From the NCBI GenBank assembly GCA_035638695.1, contig DASQZM010000075.1, positions 43,003 through 107,002 on the forward strand: 64,000 bases of DNA, in the 5' to 3' direction. The position numbers and the translations under genes were made by a program. Position 1 is the first letter of the stretch. Each line of letters opens with the position of its first letter. Source of the DNA: Gammaproteobacteria bacterium. GTDB lineage: Bacteria > Pseudomonadota > Gammaproteobacteria > UBA5335 > SLRW01. This document shows, piece by piece, positions 23,154 through 32,353 of this stretch. Under the pieces are notes generated by a model that saw only the letters and a list, made by a program, of their open reading frames with translations, was not told the DNA's origin and searched no databases.

Positions 23154-23729
23154 ATGGGCAAGCCTAATGTAGATCGGGAGCTGGTTGAACGTGTACAAGA
23201 CGGCGACAAGTCCGCGTTCGACCTGCTCGTGCGCAAGTATCAGAGCAAGGTCGTCAAACTGGTCTCGCGTTACGTGCACGATCCCAGCGAGGCGCTGGAT
23301 GTTGCGCAGGAGGCTTTCATCAAGGCGTACCGGGCATTGCCTTCGTTTCGCGGGGACAGTGCCTTCTATACTTGGCTCTACCGGATATCGATCAACACGG
23401 CCAAGAACCACGTCGTCGCCCTGGGCCGCCAGCCGGTCAACAGTGAGTCGGAGATCGGCGACTCGGAGCAGTTCGACATCAACAACCGGCTGCAGGAGAT
23501 CGATACCCCGGAGGGCATGGCGCTGACGGGGGAGATCCAGGACACGGTGCTCAGGGCGATCGAGGCGTTGCCCGAGGACCTGCGCACCGCGATCATGTTG
23601 CGGGAGCTCGAGGGCATGAGCTACGAAGAGATCTCGCAGGCGATGGACTGTCCGGTCGGGACCGTACGTTCCCGGCTGTTCCGGGCGCGTGAGTCCATCG
23701 ACAACCAGCTCAGGGAGCTGCTCGACTAG
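23154..23729 (+). CDS. rpoE: ECF sigma factor RpoE/AlgU
   Basis: MGKPNVDRELVERVQDGDKSAFDLLVRKYQ. 191 aa, as in E. coli RpoE. GGAGAG SD upstream. Confidence 0.95.
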   Translation: MGKPNVDRELVERVQDGDKSAFDLLVRKYQSKVVKLVSRYVHDPSEALDVAQEAFIKAYRALPSFRGDSAFYTWLYRISINTAKNHVVALGRQPVNSESEIGDSEQFDINNRLQEIDTPEGMALTGEIQDTVLRAIEALPEDLRTAIMLRELEGMSYEEISQAMDCPVGTVRSRLFRARESIDNQLRELLD

Positions 23730-23765
23730 ACAGCGGTGAGGTAATCGGCCTGGGCAGACGGGTGG

Positions 23766-24314
23766 ATGGGGATGTCCGAGAGCATCGAAAAGCAGATATC
23801 GGCGTGGCTGGACGGCGAGCTGAGCGACCGGCAGGCACGCGAACTGGCACAGCGAGTCAGCCGGGACGCGGGATCGCGCCGCGCGTGGGAGCGGTACCAC
23901 ATGATCGGCGACGCGATGCGCGGCAGCGCGGACGGACGGGCGCCGGGCCTTGCAGAGCGGGTCATGGCCGCGCTGGAGCATGGGCCCGCGGTTTTGCGAC
24001 CGGCGCGTCGGCGCCGCGTGGGAATGGCTGCGGGACTGGCGGTCGCCGCGACGGTGGCCGCAGCGGCGGTGGTCGGGGTCCTCAGCCTGACCGCGGGTGG
24101 GCCGGGTAGGGGCAAGCACGGCTCGGCGGATCGGACGGTGGCACAGGTTCGAGCGGTGCGGGGACAGTCCGGCACGCGCATGGAGCAGGCCGTCCGGGAT
24201 CAGCTACGGGTGTATATGGCCGATCATAACCAGCAGTTGGCGGTGTCCGGCAGCAACGGCATGCTGCCCTATGTCAGGATGGCGGATTTCGAGGCCACGC
24301 CCGGCGGCAAATGA
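23766..24314 (+). CDS. rseA: anti-sigma-E factor RseA/MucA
   Basis: N-terminal anti-sigma domain ISAWLDGEL...WERYHMIGDAMRG and a central TM segment. Alternative ATG at 23772. Confidence 0.88.
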   Translation: MGMSESIEKQISAWLDGELSDRQARELAQRVSRDAGSRRAWERYHMIGDAMRGSADGRAPGLAERVMAALEHGPAVLRPARRRRVGMAAGLAVAATVAAAAVVGVLSLTAGGPGRGKHGSADRTVAQVRAVRGQSGTRMEQAVRDQLRVYMADHNQQLAVSGSNGMLPYVRMADFEATPGGK

Positions 24315-25330
24315 AAGCGACTGCGGCATTCACCGGAGTGCTGGCGGTCGCGCTCGTGGCCAGCGGACCGGCCGCGGCCGCCGCCGGCGCAGACACCGCA
24401 GGCCCGAAGGAACCCGGCGCACAGGTCGGGGCCTGGCTGTCGCACATGGCCGATCTTGCCCGGAGTGAGAACTACGAGGGCACGTTCGTCTACATGGAAG
24501 GCGGTCACCTGGAGACCTTCCGGGTCATTCACCGGGTTGCGGGGCATACCACCGAGGCCCGGATGTATGCCCTGAACGGCAAGCATCGTGAGGTTCACCA
24601 GGTGGATGGCAAGGTGAACTGCTTCTGGCCCGACGCCGGCGAGATGCTGGAGAGCTCCGCGGGCGCCAGCAACCCGTTTCCCAACCCGTTTCCCGCCAAC
24701 CCCGGCAAGCTTACCCCGTACTACCGCTTTCGCATGCTGGGAGCCGCGCGCGTGGCCAACCATCAGTGCCGGCGGGTGGGCCTGATTCCGCGCGACGGCT
24801 ACCGTTTCGGCTACCGGATGTGCCTGCAGCCTGACACGGGCATGCTGCTCGAATCCCGGCTGATGAACGCGCAGGGCAAGGTGCTGCAGCAGGTGCTGTA
24901 CACCCGCGTATCCTACCCCCGTCACATCGATCCGCGACTGCTCAAGCCGGATGTCAATACGCACGCGCTCAAGCGGATTCCACCGGCCCGTGCGCAGCCC
25001 CGGCTGGATGCCGGCGGCGGCGGGTGGAAGGCGTCGCAGCTGCCTCCCGGCTTTCACCGGGTGAGCCGTCATTACGAGTTCACCCCGGGGCGCAGCGCCC
25101 CGGTGCAACACATCGTCTACACGGACGGCCTGGCGACGGTATCCCTGTTTGTCGGTCCGGTTCCGCCATCGGGGGCCGTGTTCAATGGCGTCTCGCGCGA
25201 GGGATCGGTCAATGCCTTCGGCACCGTTCAGCAGGGACAGCAGGTGACGGTAATCGGCAGCGTGCCGATGCGAACCCTGCGAATGATCGGGACCTCGGTG
25301 CAGTCGGTCCCGGCGCACGGCAAGCGGTAG
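24311..25330 (+). CDS. rseB: sigma-E regulatory protein RseB/MucB
   Basis: ATGA overlap with rseA. Signal peptide. MucB/RseB-like sequence (WLSHMADLARSENYEGTFVY). Confidence 0.9.
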   Translation: MKATAAFTGVLAVALVASGPAAAAAGADTAGPKEPGAQVGAWLSHMADLARSENYEGTFVYMEGGHLETFRVIHRVAGHTTEARMYALNGKHREVHQVDGKVNCFWPDAGEMLESSAGASNPFPNPFPANPGKLTPYYRFRMLGAARVANHQCRRVGLIPRDGYRFGYRMCLQPDTGMLLESRLMNAQGKVLQQVLYTRVSYPRHIDPRLLKPDVNTHALKRIPPARAQPRLDAGGGGWKASQLPPGFHRVSRHYEFTPGRSAPVQHIVYTDGLATVSLFVGPVPPSGAVFNGVSREGSVNAFGTVQQGQQVTVIGSVPMRTLRMIGTSVQSVPAHGKR

Positions 25331-25491
25331 GCGCGCAACCGAGCCGACCGGCCACCACGGCTGCCGGTTCTGGCAATCAATCCGGTATGCTTAGTAATAT
25401 GCACGCCGCGCCAGCGGCGCCGGACCTTCGCGCCCGCCCCCGCATCGGGACGGCGGGCCGGCCACGAGATGATGCATCGCGCGACCACCGT

Positions 25492-25746
25492 ATGCCTCTA
25501 GACGATGTGACACTGTACAGCCGCCCGGGTTGCCACCTGTGCGACGAAATGCTCCGCGACGTCCACCGCGCGCTGGGCTCGCGCAAGCTCACCGTGGACG
25601 TGGTCGACATCGACCGGGACGCGGAGCTGCTGGCGCGCTACATGCTTCGTATTCCGGTGCTGGCGGTGAACGGCGAGGAGGTGTGCGAGGGGCGTTTCGA
25701 TGCCGAGGCGTTCCATGTCGCGCTCGGAACGCGGACGCCACGATGA
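25492..25746 (+). CDS. glutaredoxin-like small thiol-disulfide protein (DUF836-type)
   Basis: 84 aa, [13 protein letters not shown] CxxC motif. Its stop overlaps the lepA ATG (ATGA). The frame is open upstream to the ATG at 25387, so the start is uncertain. Confidence 0.72.
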   Translation: MPLDDVTLYSRPGCHLCDEMLRDVHRALGSRKLTVDVVDIDRDAELLARYMLRIPVLAVNGEEVCEGRFDAEAFHVALGTRTPR

Positions 25747-27584
25747 GCGCCCCGCAGGCGGGGCGGGTCGATGGCCGGATGCCGCAGGAACGGATCCGCA
25801 ATTTTTCCATCATCGCCCACATCGATCATGGCAAGTCCACCCTGGCCGACCGTTTCATCCGCCTGTGCGGGGGTCTGGACGAGCGCGAGATGCTCGAGCA
25901 GGTGCTGGATTCGATGGAGCTCGAGCGGGAACGCGGCATCACCATCAAGGCGCAGTCCGTAACCCTGAGCTACCGCGCCGAGGACGGCCAGAACTATCAG
26001 CTGAATTTCATCGATACCCCGGGCCACGTGGATTTCTCCTACGAGGTATCCCGCTCGCTCGCCGCCTGTGAGGGCGCCCTTCTGGTGGTCGATGCCGCGC
26101 AGGGCGTCGAGGCGCAGAGCGTCGCCAACTGCTACACGGCCATCGACCAGGGGCTCGAGGTGGTCCCGGTGCTGAACAAGATCGACCTGCCCTCGGCGGA
26201 TCCGGATGGCGTGATCAACCAGATCGAGGAGATCATCGGGCTGGAGGCCCATAACGCCTTGCGGGTGAGCGCAAAGACCGGCCAGGGCGTCCCGGAGCTG
26301 ATGGAGGCAGTGGTCCGGCGCATTCCCCCGCCGGCTGGAGATCGCGACCGGGCACTGCAGGCACTGATCATCGACTCCTGGTTCGACAACTTCGTTGGCG
26401 TGGTGTCCCTGGTCCGGGTGGTGCACGGTGAGATCCGGCCCGGCGTCCGCATCCGGGTGATGTCGAGCGGACGCGACTACCAGGTCGCGAAGGTGGGCGT
26501 GTTCACCCCCAAGGCCCGGGATCTCGAGGTGCTCGGGACCGGCGAAGTGGGTTTCGTGATGGCGGGGGTCAAGGATATCGACGGTGCCCCGGTGGGGGAT
26601 ACCATCACCTCGGCCGCACGTCCCTGCGACGTCCGGCTGCCCGGATTCAAGCAGGTGAAGCCGTACGTCTTCGCGGGCCTTTTCCCGGTGACCTCGGACG
26701 ATTACGAGGACCTGCGGGACGCGCTGCAAAAGCTCCGGCTGAACGATGCCGCCCTGAGCTACGAACCGGAGACCTCCGGGGCCCTCGGCTTCGGTTTCCG
26801 CTGTGGGTTCCTGGGCATGCTCCACATGGAGATCGTGCAGGCCCGCCTGGAGCGGGAGTACGACCTCGACCTGATCACCACGGCGCCGACGGTGGTGCAC
26901 GAGGTGCTCACCCGCGGCGGCCAGGTGCTGGCGGTGGAGAACCCGTCGCACCTGCCGTCGCCCGGGGAGATTGAAGAGATCCGCGAGCCGATCATCCACG
27001 CGGACATCCTGGTACCCAAGGAGCATGTCGGCGCGGTGATCAAGCTGTGCGAGGAGCGCCGCGGCCGCCAGCTGCGGATGCAGTACCTGGGCCAGCAGGT
27101 CTCGATTACCTACGAGCTGCCGATGAGCGAGGTGGTGCTGGACTTCTTCGACCGGCTGAAGTCGGTGAGTCGCGGCTTTGCTTCCTTTGACTACGAGTTC
27201 CGGCGCTTCCAGGCCGCCAACCTGGTCAAGCTCGAGCTCCTGATCAACGGCGACCGGGTGGACGCCCTGTCGCTGATCGTGCACCGTGACATGGCCTACC
27301 ACCGAGGCCGCGAACTCGTCGAGAAGATGAAAGAGCTGATCCCGCGGCAGATGTTCGAGGTGGCGATCCAGGCCGCCATCGGCTCCCAGGTGATTGCCCG
27401 CACCACGGTGCGCGCGCTGCGCAAGAACGTGACCGCCAAGTGCTATGGCGGAGACATCACGCGCAAGAAGAAACTGCTGGAAAAGCAGAAAGCCGGCAAG
27501 CGCCGGATGAAACAGATCGGCCGCGTGGAGATTCCCCAGGAAGCCTTTCTGGCGGTGCTGAACGTCAGCAAGAAATCCGACTGA
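25743..27584 (+). CDS. lepA: elongation factor 4 (LepA)
   Basis: [21 protein letters not shown]1 motif. Alternative ATG at 25779 gives 601 aa, closer to E. coli at 599 aa. Confidence 0.96.
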   Translation: MSAPQAGRVDGRMPQERIRNFSIIAHIDHGKSTLADRFIRLCGGLDEREMLEQVLDSMELERERGITIKAQSVTLSYRAEDGQNYQLNFIDTPGHVDFSYEVSRSLAACEGALLVVDAAQGVEAQSVANCYTAIDQGLEVVPVLNKIDLPSADPDGVINQIEEIIGLEAHNALRVSAKTGQGVPELMEAVVRRIPPPAGDRDRALQALIIDSWFDNFVGVVSLVRVVHGEIRPGVRIRVMSSGRDYQVAKVGVFTPKARDLEVLGTGEVGFVMAGVKDIDGAPVGDTITSAARPCDVRLPGFKQVKPYVFAGLFPVTSDDYEDLRDALQKLRLNDAALSYEPETSGALGFGFRCGFLGMLHMEIVQARLEREYDLDLITTAPTVVHEVLTRGGQVLAVENPSHLPSPGEIEEIREPIIHADILVPKEHVGAVIKLCEERRGRQLRMQYLGQQVSITYELPMSEVVLDFFDRLKSVSRGFASFDYEFRRFQAANLVKLELLINGDRVDALSLIVHRDMAYHRGRELVEKMKELIPRQMFEVAIQAAIGSQVIARTTVRALRKNVTAKCYGGDITRKKKLLEKQKAGKRRMKQIGRVEIPQEAFLAVLNVSKKSD

Positions 27585-27623
27585 GGGCGTCCGCCGGCGT
27601 CGGCAGAACACCCAACGAGGTTG

Positions 27624-28412
27624 ATGCACGTGAACTTTTCGCTTTTGCTCGTGGTTCTTACGCTGGCGACCGGCGTGGTCTGGGCGCTCGACAAGTGGCT
27701 GTGGGAGCCGCGCCGACGAGAGGCGGCGGAGACCGGCAAAGGCCGCAGCCATCCGCCCATGGGGGTCGAGTTCTGCCGCAGCTTCTTTCCGGTGATCCTG
27801 GTGGTGCTGCTGCTGCGCTCCTTTGTCATCGAGCCCTTCCGGATCCCTTCCGGGTCGATGATGCCCACGCTGCTCGACGGGGATTTCATCGTGGTGAACA
27901 AGTTCGACTACGGTCTCCGGCTGCCTGTGGTACACACCAAGGTTCTGGGCGTCGGCGAGCCACAGCGCGGCGACGTGGTGGTATTCCGCTGGCCCAAGGA
28001 TCCCAGCAAGGACTTCATCAAGCGGGTCGTGGGCTTGCCGGGCGACACCGTGACGGTCCACGGCAACGAGCTGATCGTCAACGGGAAGCGCATTCCGCAT
28101 CACTACCTCGGGCCGTACCTCGGTCCCGGCTCGTCCTCGCTCTTCAATCCGGGCCTGTATCGGGAGACGCTCGGCTCACACACGCATGATATTCTGCTGA
28201 TGAAACAGGTGCCGGTGCCCAACGGGACGTACCACGTACCCCGGGGACACTACTTCGTGATGGGTGACAATCGCGACGACAGCGACGATAGCCGGATGTG
28301 GGGATTCGTCCCCGAGCGCAACCTGGTCGGACGGGCCTTCCTGATCTGGATGAACTGGGATCCGCAGCGCATGCATCCGCTGTGGGGCCGGATCGGCGAG
28401 GTGATTCACTGA
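27624..28412 (+). CDS. lepB: signal peptidase I
   Basis: Catalytic Ser box IPSGSMMPTL and Lys box FIKRVVGLPGD. An in-frame TTG at 27621 is also possible. Confidence 0.95.
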   Translation: MHVNFSLLLVVLTLATGVVWALDKWLWEPRRREAAETGKGRSHPPMGVEFCRSFFPVILVVLLLRSFVIEPFRIPSGSMMPTLLDGDFIVVNKFDYGLRLPVVHTKVLGVGEPQRGDVVVFRWPKDPSKDFIKRVVGLPGDTVTVHGNELIVNGKRIPHHYLGPYLGPGSSSLFNPGLYRETLGSHTHDILLMKQVPVPNGTYHVPRGHYFVMGDNRDDSDDSRMWGFVPERNLVGRAFLIWMNWDPQRMHPLWGRIGEVIH

Positions 28413-28431
28413 GGCGGAGGCTGGGCAAAAG

Positions 28432-28818
28432 ATGGACAACGGCAGGACGGGGGGTTGGAAGCGCCAGCAGGGGCTGAGCTTCCTGGAGATTCTGCTTCTG
28501 GTCGCGGTGGGAGGCTTCCTGCTGATGACCGCGATCAAGCTGGTGCCGGTCTACATGGGGTATTTCGACGTGGCTTCCTCGGTCGACTCGCTGGCCAACG
28601 TAGCGCCGTCCCAGCGCACCGTCCCGGAGCTGCGTCGGCTGTTGCGCAAGCGTTTCGACATCAACGATGTCAACCTGCAGCCGGGTTCGGTCGATTTTAC
28701 CACGGAGGACGACGGCAGCATCGACGTGCACGTGCACTACACGCGCACGACCCACTGGGTGGGCAATGTCTCGCTGCTCGTTACCTTCGACCGGCGAGTG
28801 GTGGTGCCGGGAAGCTGA
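28432..28818 (+). CDS. DUF4845 domain membrane protein
   Basis: N-terminal TM GLSFLEILLLVAVGGFLLM. Conserved lepB-DUF4845-rnc position, as for Pseudomonas PA0769 from memory. Confidence 0.8.
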   Translation: MDNGRTGGWKRQQGLSFLEILLLVAVGGFLLMTAIKLVPVYMGYFDVASSVDSLANVAPSQRTVPELRRLLRKRFDINDVNLQPGSVDFTTEDDGSIDVHVHYTRTTHWVGNVSLLVTFDRRVVVPGS

Positions 28819-29495
28819 TGTCGCCCCTGGAGCGCCTCAGTACGGACCTCGGTTATCGGTTCGCTGACGGCTCCCTGCTGGAAGCTGCGCTCACCCACCG
28901 CAGCGCCGGCGGGAGCAACAACGAGCGGCTGGAATTTCTCGGTGACGCCGTGGTGAACCTGGTGATTGCGGAGGAGCTCTTCCGCCGCCGTCCGGAGCTG
29001 CCTGAGGGGGACCTGAGCCGGCTGCGCGCGAGCCTGGTGCGGGGCTCGACACTGGCGCAGCTGGCTGCGGACCTCGACCTGGGGGCGTGCCTTCGGCTGG
29101 GACCGGGCGAGCGCAAGAGCGGGGGCTTCCGGCGAGGGTCGATCCTCGCCGACGCGCTGGAGGCAGTATTCGGCTCGATTTACCTGGACGGGGGCTTCCC
29201 CGCGGCGGCGGGCGTGATCCGCGGCGTGTTTTCGGCGCGACTGGACAACCTGCCGCCGGTCGAGGAGCTCAAGGATCCCAAGACCCGGCTGCAGGAGTAC
29301 CTCCAAGCGCGCGGGCGCCCGCTGCCGAAGTACCGGGTGGCGGACGTCACGGGAGAGGATCACCGCCAGCGCTTTACGGTGGAGTGTCGCCTGGCCGACG
29401 ACGGCCAGTGCTTCTCGGGAGAGGGGCGGAGCCGGCGGGAGGCGGAGCAGGCGGCCGCTCGCGGCTGCCTGGACGGGCTGCTCGCCAATGGCTGA
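28818..29495 (+). CDS. rnc: ribonuclease III
   Basis: Signature ERLEFLGDAV and a C-terminal dsRBD. TGATG junction with the upstream gene. Confidence 0.96.
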   Translation: MSPLERLSTDLGYRFADGSLLEAALTHRSAGGSNNERLEFLGDAVVNLVIAEELFRRRPELPEGDLSRLRASLVRGSTLAQLAADLDLGACLRLGPGERKSGGFRRGSILADALEAVFGSIYLDGGFPAAAGVIRGVFSARLDNLPPVEELKDPKTRLQEYLQARGRPLPKYRVADVTGEDHRQRFTVECRLADDGQCFSGEGRSRREAEQAAARGCLDGLLANG

Positions 29496-30390
29496 AACGG
29501 GTTCCGGATACCGCAGCGGACTGGTGGCGATAGTGGGGCGGCCGAACGTCGGCAAGTCCACCCTGCTCAACCGGATGCTGGGACAGAAGATCAGCATCGT
29601 GACCCACAAGCCCCAGACCACCCGGCACCGGATTCTCGGCATCGTCACGCGGGCGGACGCGCAGATCGTGTTCGTCGACACCCCGGGCATGCACCGGTTC
29701 GAGCGCAGCGCCCTGAACCGCTCCATGAACCGGGCCGCCCGGGGGAGCCTGCAGGATGCCGACCTGGCGCTGCTGGTGGTCGAGGCCGGACGGTGGACGG
29801 ACACGGATGACCTGGCCCTGGAGTGGGTCCAGCGGGCCCGCGTCCCGGTGGCGCTGGCCGTGAGCAAGGTCGACCGGCTCCGACCGCGTTCGCGGATGCT
29901 GCCGTTTCTCGCCGCGACCGTGCGGAGGGCCGACTTCCGCTTCGTGGTACCGCTGTCGGCCCGCACCGGCGAGAACGTGGGGGCTCTGCTGGACGAGCTC
30001 GCCGCGGCGCTGCCGGAGGGACCGGTGCTGTTTCCGGAGGACCGGGTGACGGATCGCAGCGAGCGCTTCCTCGCGGCGGAACTGATCCGGGAGCAGCTCA
30101 TGAACATGCTGCACCAGGAGGTACCGTACGGGCTGACGGTGGAGATCGAGCGTTTCGAGGAGCCCGATGTGGAACGCGTGCGCATCGGCGCCGTCATATG
30201 GGTTGCGCGCGAGGGACACAAGGCCATCGTAATCGGGCGCGGCGGCGATGCGCTCAAGCGGATCGGGCGCGCGGCCCGACTGCAGATCGCGGAGGCGCTC
30301 GGTCGCCGCGTGCATCTCGATCTCTGGGTCAAGGTCAGGGAGGGCTGGACCGACCGTCCGGGGGCGGTCCAGGAGTTCGGTTACGAGTGA
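29488..30390 (+). CDS. era: GTPase Era
   Basis: G1 GRPNVGKSTLLN and G3 DTPG motifs, C-terminal KH domain. 8-nt overlap with rnc. Confidence 0.96.
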   Translation: MAETGSGYRSGLVAIVGRPNVGKSTLLNRMLGQKISIVTHKPQTTRHRILGIVTRADAQIVFVDTPGMHRFERSALNRSMNRAARGSLQDADLALLVVEAGRWTDTDDLALEWVQRARVPVALAVSKVDRLRPRSRMLPFLAATVRRADFRFVVPLSARTGENVGALLDELAAALPEGPVLFPEDRVTDRSERFLAAELIREQLMNMLHQEVPYGLTVEIERFEEPDVERVRIGAVIWVAREGHKAIVIGRGGDALKRIGRAARLQIAEALGRRVHLDLWVKVREGWTDRPGAVQEFGYE

Positions 30391-30427
30391 GGGGCGCCGG
30401 CAGAGCGCGGGCCGCGGCGAGGTATGC

Positions 30428-31192
30428 ATGAGCAGCAAGCGGGTCAGTCTGCAACCGGCTTTTCTCCTGCACCAGTACGCTTACCGCGACAGCAGCCGCC
30501 TGCTGGAGCTGCTCACTCGCGACCACGGGCGCGTCGGTGCGCTCGCGCGCGGCATCCGCTCGCCGCGCTCGCGGCTGCGGGGCCTGCTGCAGCCGTTCCA
30601 GCCGCTGCTGGTATCCTGGAGCGGCCGCGGTGATCTGGTGACCCTGGTCGGGGCCGAAGCCGCGAACCGGTTGCCGCCACTGGACCGCCGCGCCCTGATG
30701 AGCGGTTTCTATGCCAGCGAGCTCATCCTGCGCCTGCTGCAGCGGCATGATCCGCACCCGGGTGCGTTCACCGCCTACGGGGCGCTGCTGCAGGCTCTCG
30801 GGACGCGTCCCGAGCCGGAGCCCGCGCTTCGGATGTTCGAGCTCGAGCTGTTGCAGGATCTCGGCTACGGCCTCGATCCCGCTGTAGACGCGGACACCGG
30901 TACGGTGGTCGATGCGCGGGGCTGGTACCGCTTCCAGCCCGAGCACGGCATGGTGGCCGCGCGTGGCCGCGTGGGCGACCCGCGCGAGGTACCCGGACAC
31001 ACTTTGCTGGCGCTGGCGCGGCGCGAGCTGGTCGAGCCGATCGATCTGCGTCATGCAAAGCGCTTGTTGCGTCAGGTATTATCGATTTATCTCGGTGAGC
31101 GCCCGCTGCGTACGCGCGGCGTGTGGGCGGCAATGCAGCGCGGGCGCGAGGCGACACCGGGACGCGATATGAGCGAGGAAGCCGATGAGTGA
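30428..31192 (+). CDS. recO: DNA repair protein RecO
   Basis: [24 protein letters not shown]-terminus. era-recO-pdxJ synteny. Confidence 0.9.
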   Translation: MSSKRVSLQPAFLLHQYAYRDSSRLLELLTRDHGRVGALARGIRSPRSRLRGLLQPFQPLLVSWSGRGDLVTLVGAEAANRLPPLDRRALMSGFYASELILRLLQRHDPHPGAFTAYGALLQALGTRPEPEPALRMFELELLQDLGYGLDPAVDADTGTVVDARGWYRFQPEHGMVAARGRVGDPREVPGHTLLALARRELVEPIDLRHAKRLLRQVLSIYLGERPLRTRGVWAAMQRGREATPGRDMSEEADE

Positions 31193-31928
31193 TCGAGCCC
31201 GCATCGCGCTGGGGGTGAACATCGACCACGTGGCCAGCCTTCGGCAGGCCCGGGGGACGCGTTACCCGGAAGTACTGCAGGCCGCGTTGCTGGCCGAGCA
31301 GGCGGGCGCCGAGAGCATCACCGTGCATCTGCGGGAAGATCGCCGCCATATCCAGGAGCGTGATGTCCGGCTCCTGGTCCAGTCCGTGCAGACCCATCTC
31401 AACCTGGAGATGGCCTGTACCGAGGAAATGCTCGAGGTGGCGGCCTCGGTGCGCCCGGCGGACTGCTGCCTGGTCCCGGAACGGCGCGAGGAACTGACCA
31501 CCGAGGGTGGACTCGACGTGGCCGGGCAGGAGGGCCGTATCGCCGGTGCCTGCGCGCGACTGGCGCGGGCGGGCATCCGCGTGGCACTGTTCGTGGATCC
31601 GGACGGCCGTCAGCTGGAAGCCTGCGCGCGCACCGGAGCCCCGGTGGTCGAGCTGCACACCGGACGGTTCGCCGACGCCCCGGACCGGGGCGGACGCGCC
31701 GCGATGCTGGAAGAGCTGCGTCAGGCGGCCGCGCGAGCCCGGGCCCTGGGGCTGGAAGTGCACGCCGGGCACGGGCTCAGCTACCACAACGTTCAGTCCG
31801 TGGCGGCGATTCCGGAGGTGAGCGAGCTGAATATCGGGCATGCCATCGTCGCCCGCGCGGTGTTCACCGGCATTGAAGCCGCCGTCGGGGAGATGCGCCG
31901 TCTGATCCGGGAGGCGCGCGCGGCGTGA
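31185..31928 (+). CDS. pdxJ: pyridoxine 5'-phosphate synthase
   Basis: [16 protein letters not shown] and HLREDRRHI motifs. Confidence 0.96.
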   Translation: MSDRARIALGVNIDHVASLRQARGTRYPEVLQAALLAEQAGAESITVHLREDRRHIQERDVRLLVQSVQTHLNLEMACTEEMLEVAASVRPADCCLVPERREELTTEGGLDVAGQEGRIAGACARLARAGIRVALFVDPDGRQLEACARTGAPVVELHTGRFADAPDRGGRAAMLEELRQAAARARALGLEVHAGHGLSYHNVQSVAAIPEVSELNIGHAIVARAVFTGIEAAVGEMRRLIREARAA

Positions 31929-32305
31929 TTCTCGGCGTGGGCACGGACATCGTGTGCATCGGACGCATGCGCAACAGCCTGGAACGCTTCGGCGAGCGTT
32001 TCGCCGGCCGCATCCTGGATGCCGGCGAGCTGGCGGAGTACCGTGAAGACCGCTTTCCAGAGCGGCTGTTGGCCAAGCGCTTCGCGGTCAAGGAGGCCGT
32101 GGCCAAGGCGCTCGGCACGGGTTTTCGCGATGGCGTGACACCGCGGCAGATCGCGGTGGTGCACGATCAGCTGGGCAAGCCGGCAGTGCGGTATGCCGGC
32201 CCGGCGCGGCGGGTCAGTGATGCACTCGGGGTCGGCACCACCCTGGTTAGCGTCAGTGACGAACGGGACCACGCCATCGCATTCGTCCTTCTACTGCGCG
32301 GCTGA
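31925..32305 (+). CDS. acpS: holo-[acyl-carrier-protein] synthase
   Basis: GVGTDIV motif. 126 aa. GTGA overlap with pdxJ. Confidence 0.93.
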   Translation: MILGVGTDIVCIGRMRNSLERFGERFAGRILDAGELAEYREDRFPERLLAKRFAVKEAVAKALGTGFRDGVTPRQIAVVHDQLGKPAVRYAGPARRVSDALGVGTTLVSVSDERDHAIAFVLLLRG

Positions 32306-32353
32306 CGGGGACCGCGGCGCCGGCCGGCAGCAGCACCCGAGGGGGGGAGCACC

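Noticed and set aside
20999-23167. A 722-aa + strand ORF covering nadB and running into the rpoE upstream region.
   Set aside because: It is antisense to a clearly recognisable nadB. Its composition is dominated by Arg, Ala, Gly and His, and it has no plausible start context. It is a high-GC shadow ORF.
24665-24700. A short tandem DNA repeat (aacccgtttccc twice) inside rseB/mucB, giving NPFPNPFPANP.
   Set aside because: There are only two copies, they are in-frame and they lie within a linker-like region. This looks like ordinary low-complexity coding sequence, not a repeat element or phase-variation tract.
25638-28103. An 821-aa minus-strand ORF spanning lepA and part of lepB.
   Set aside because: It is antisense to two unmistakable genes (LepA GTPase motifs and signal peptidase Ser/Lys boxes). 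It crosses their intergenic region without regard to gene boundaries. It is a shadow ORF.
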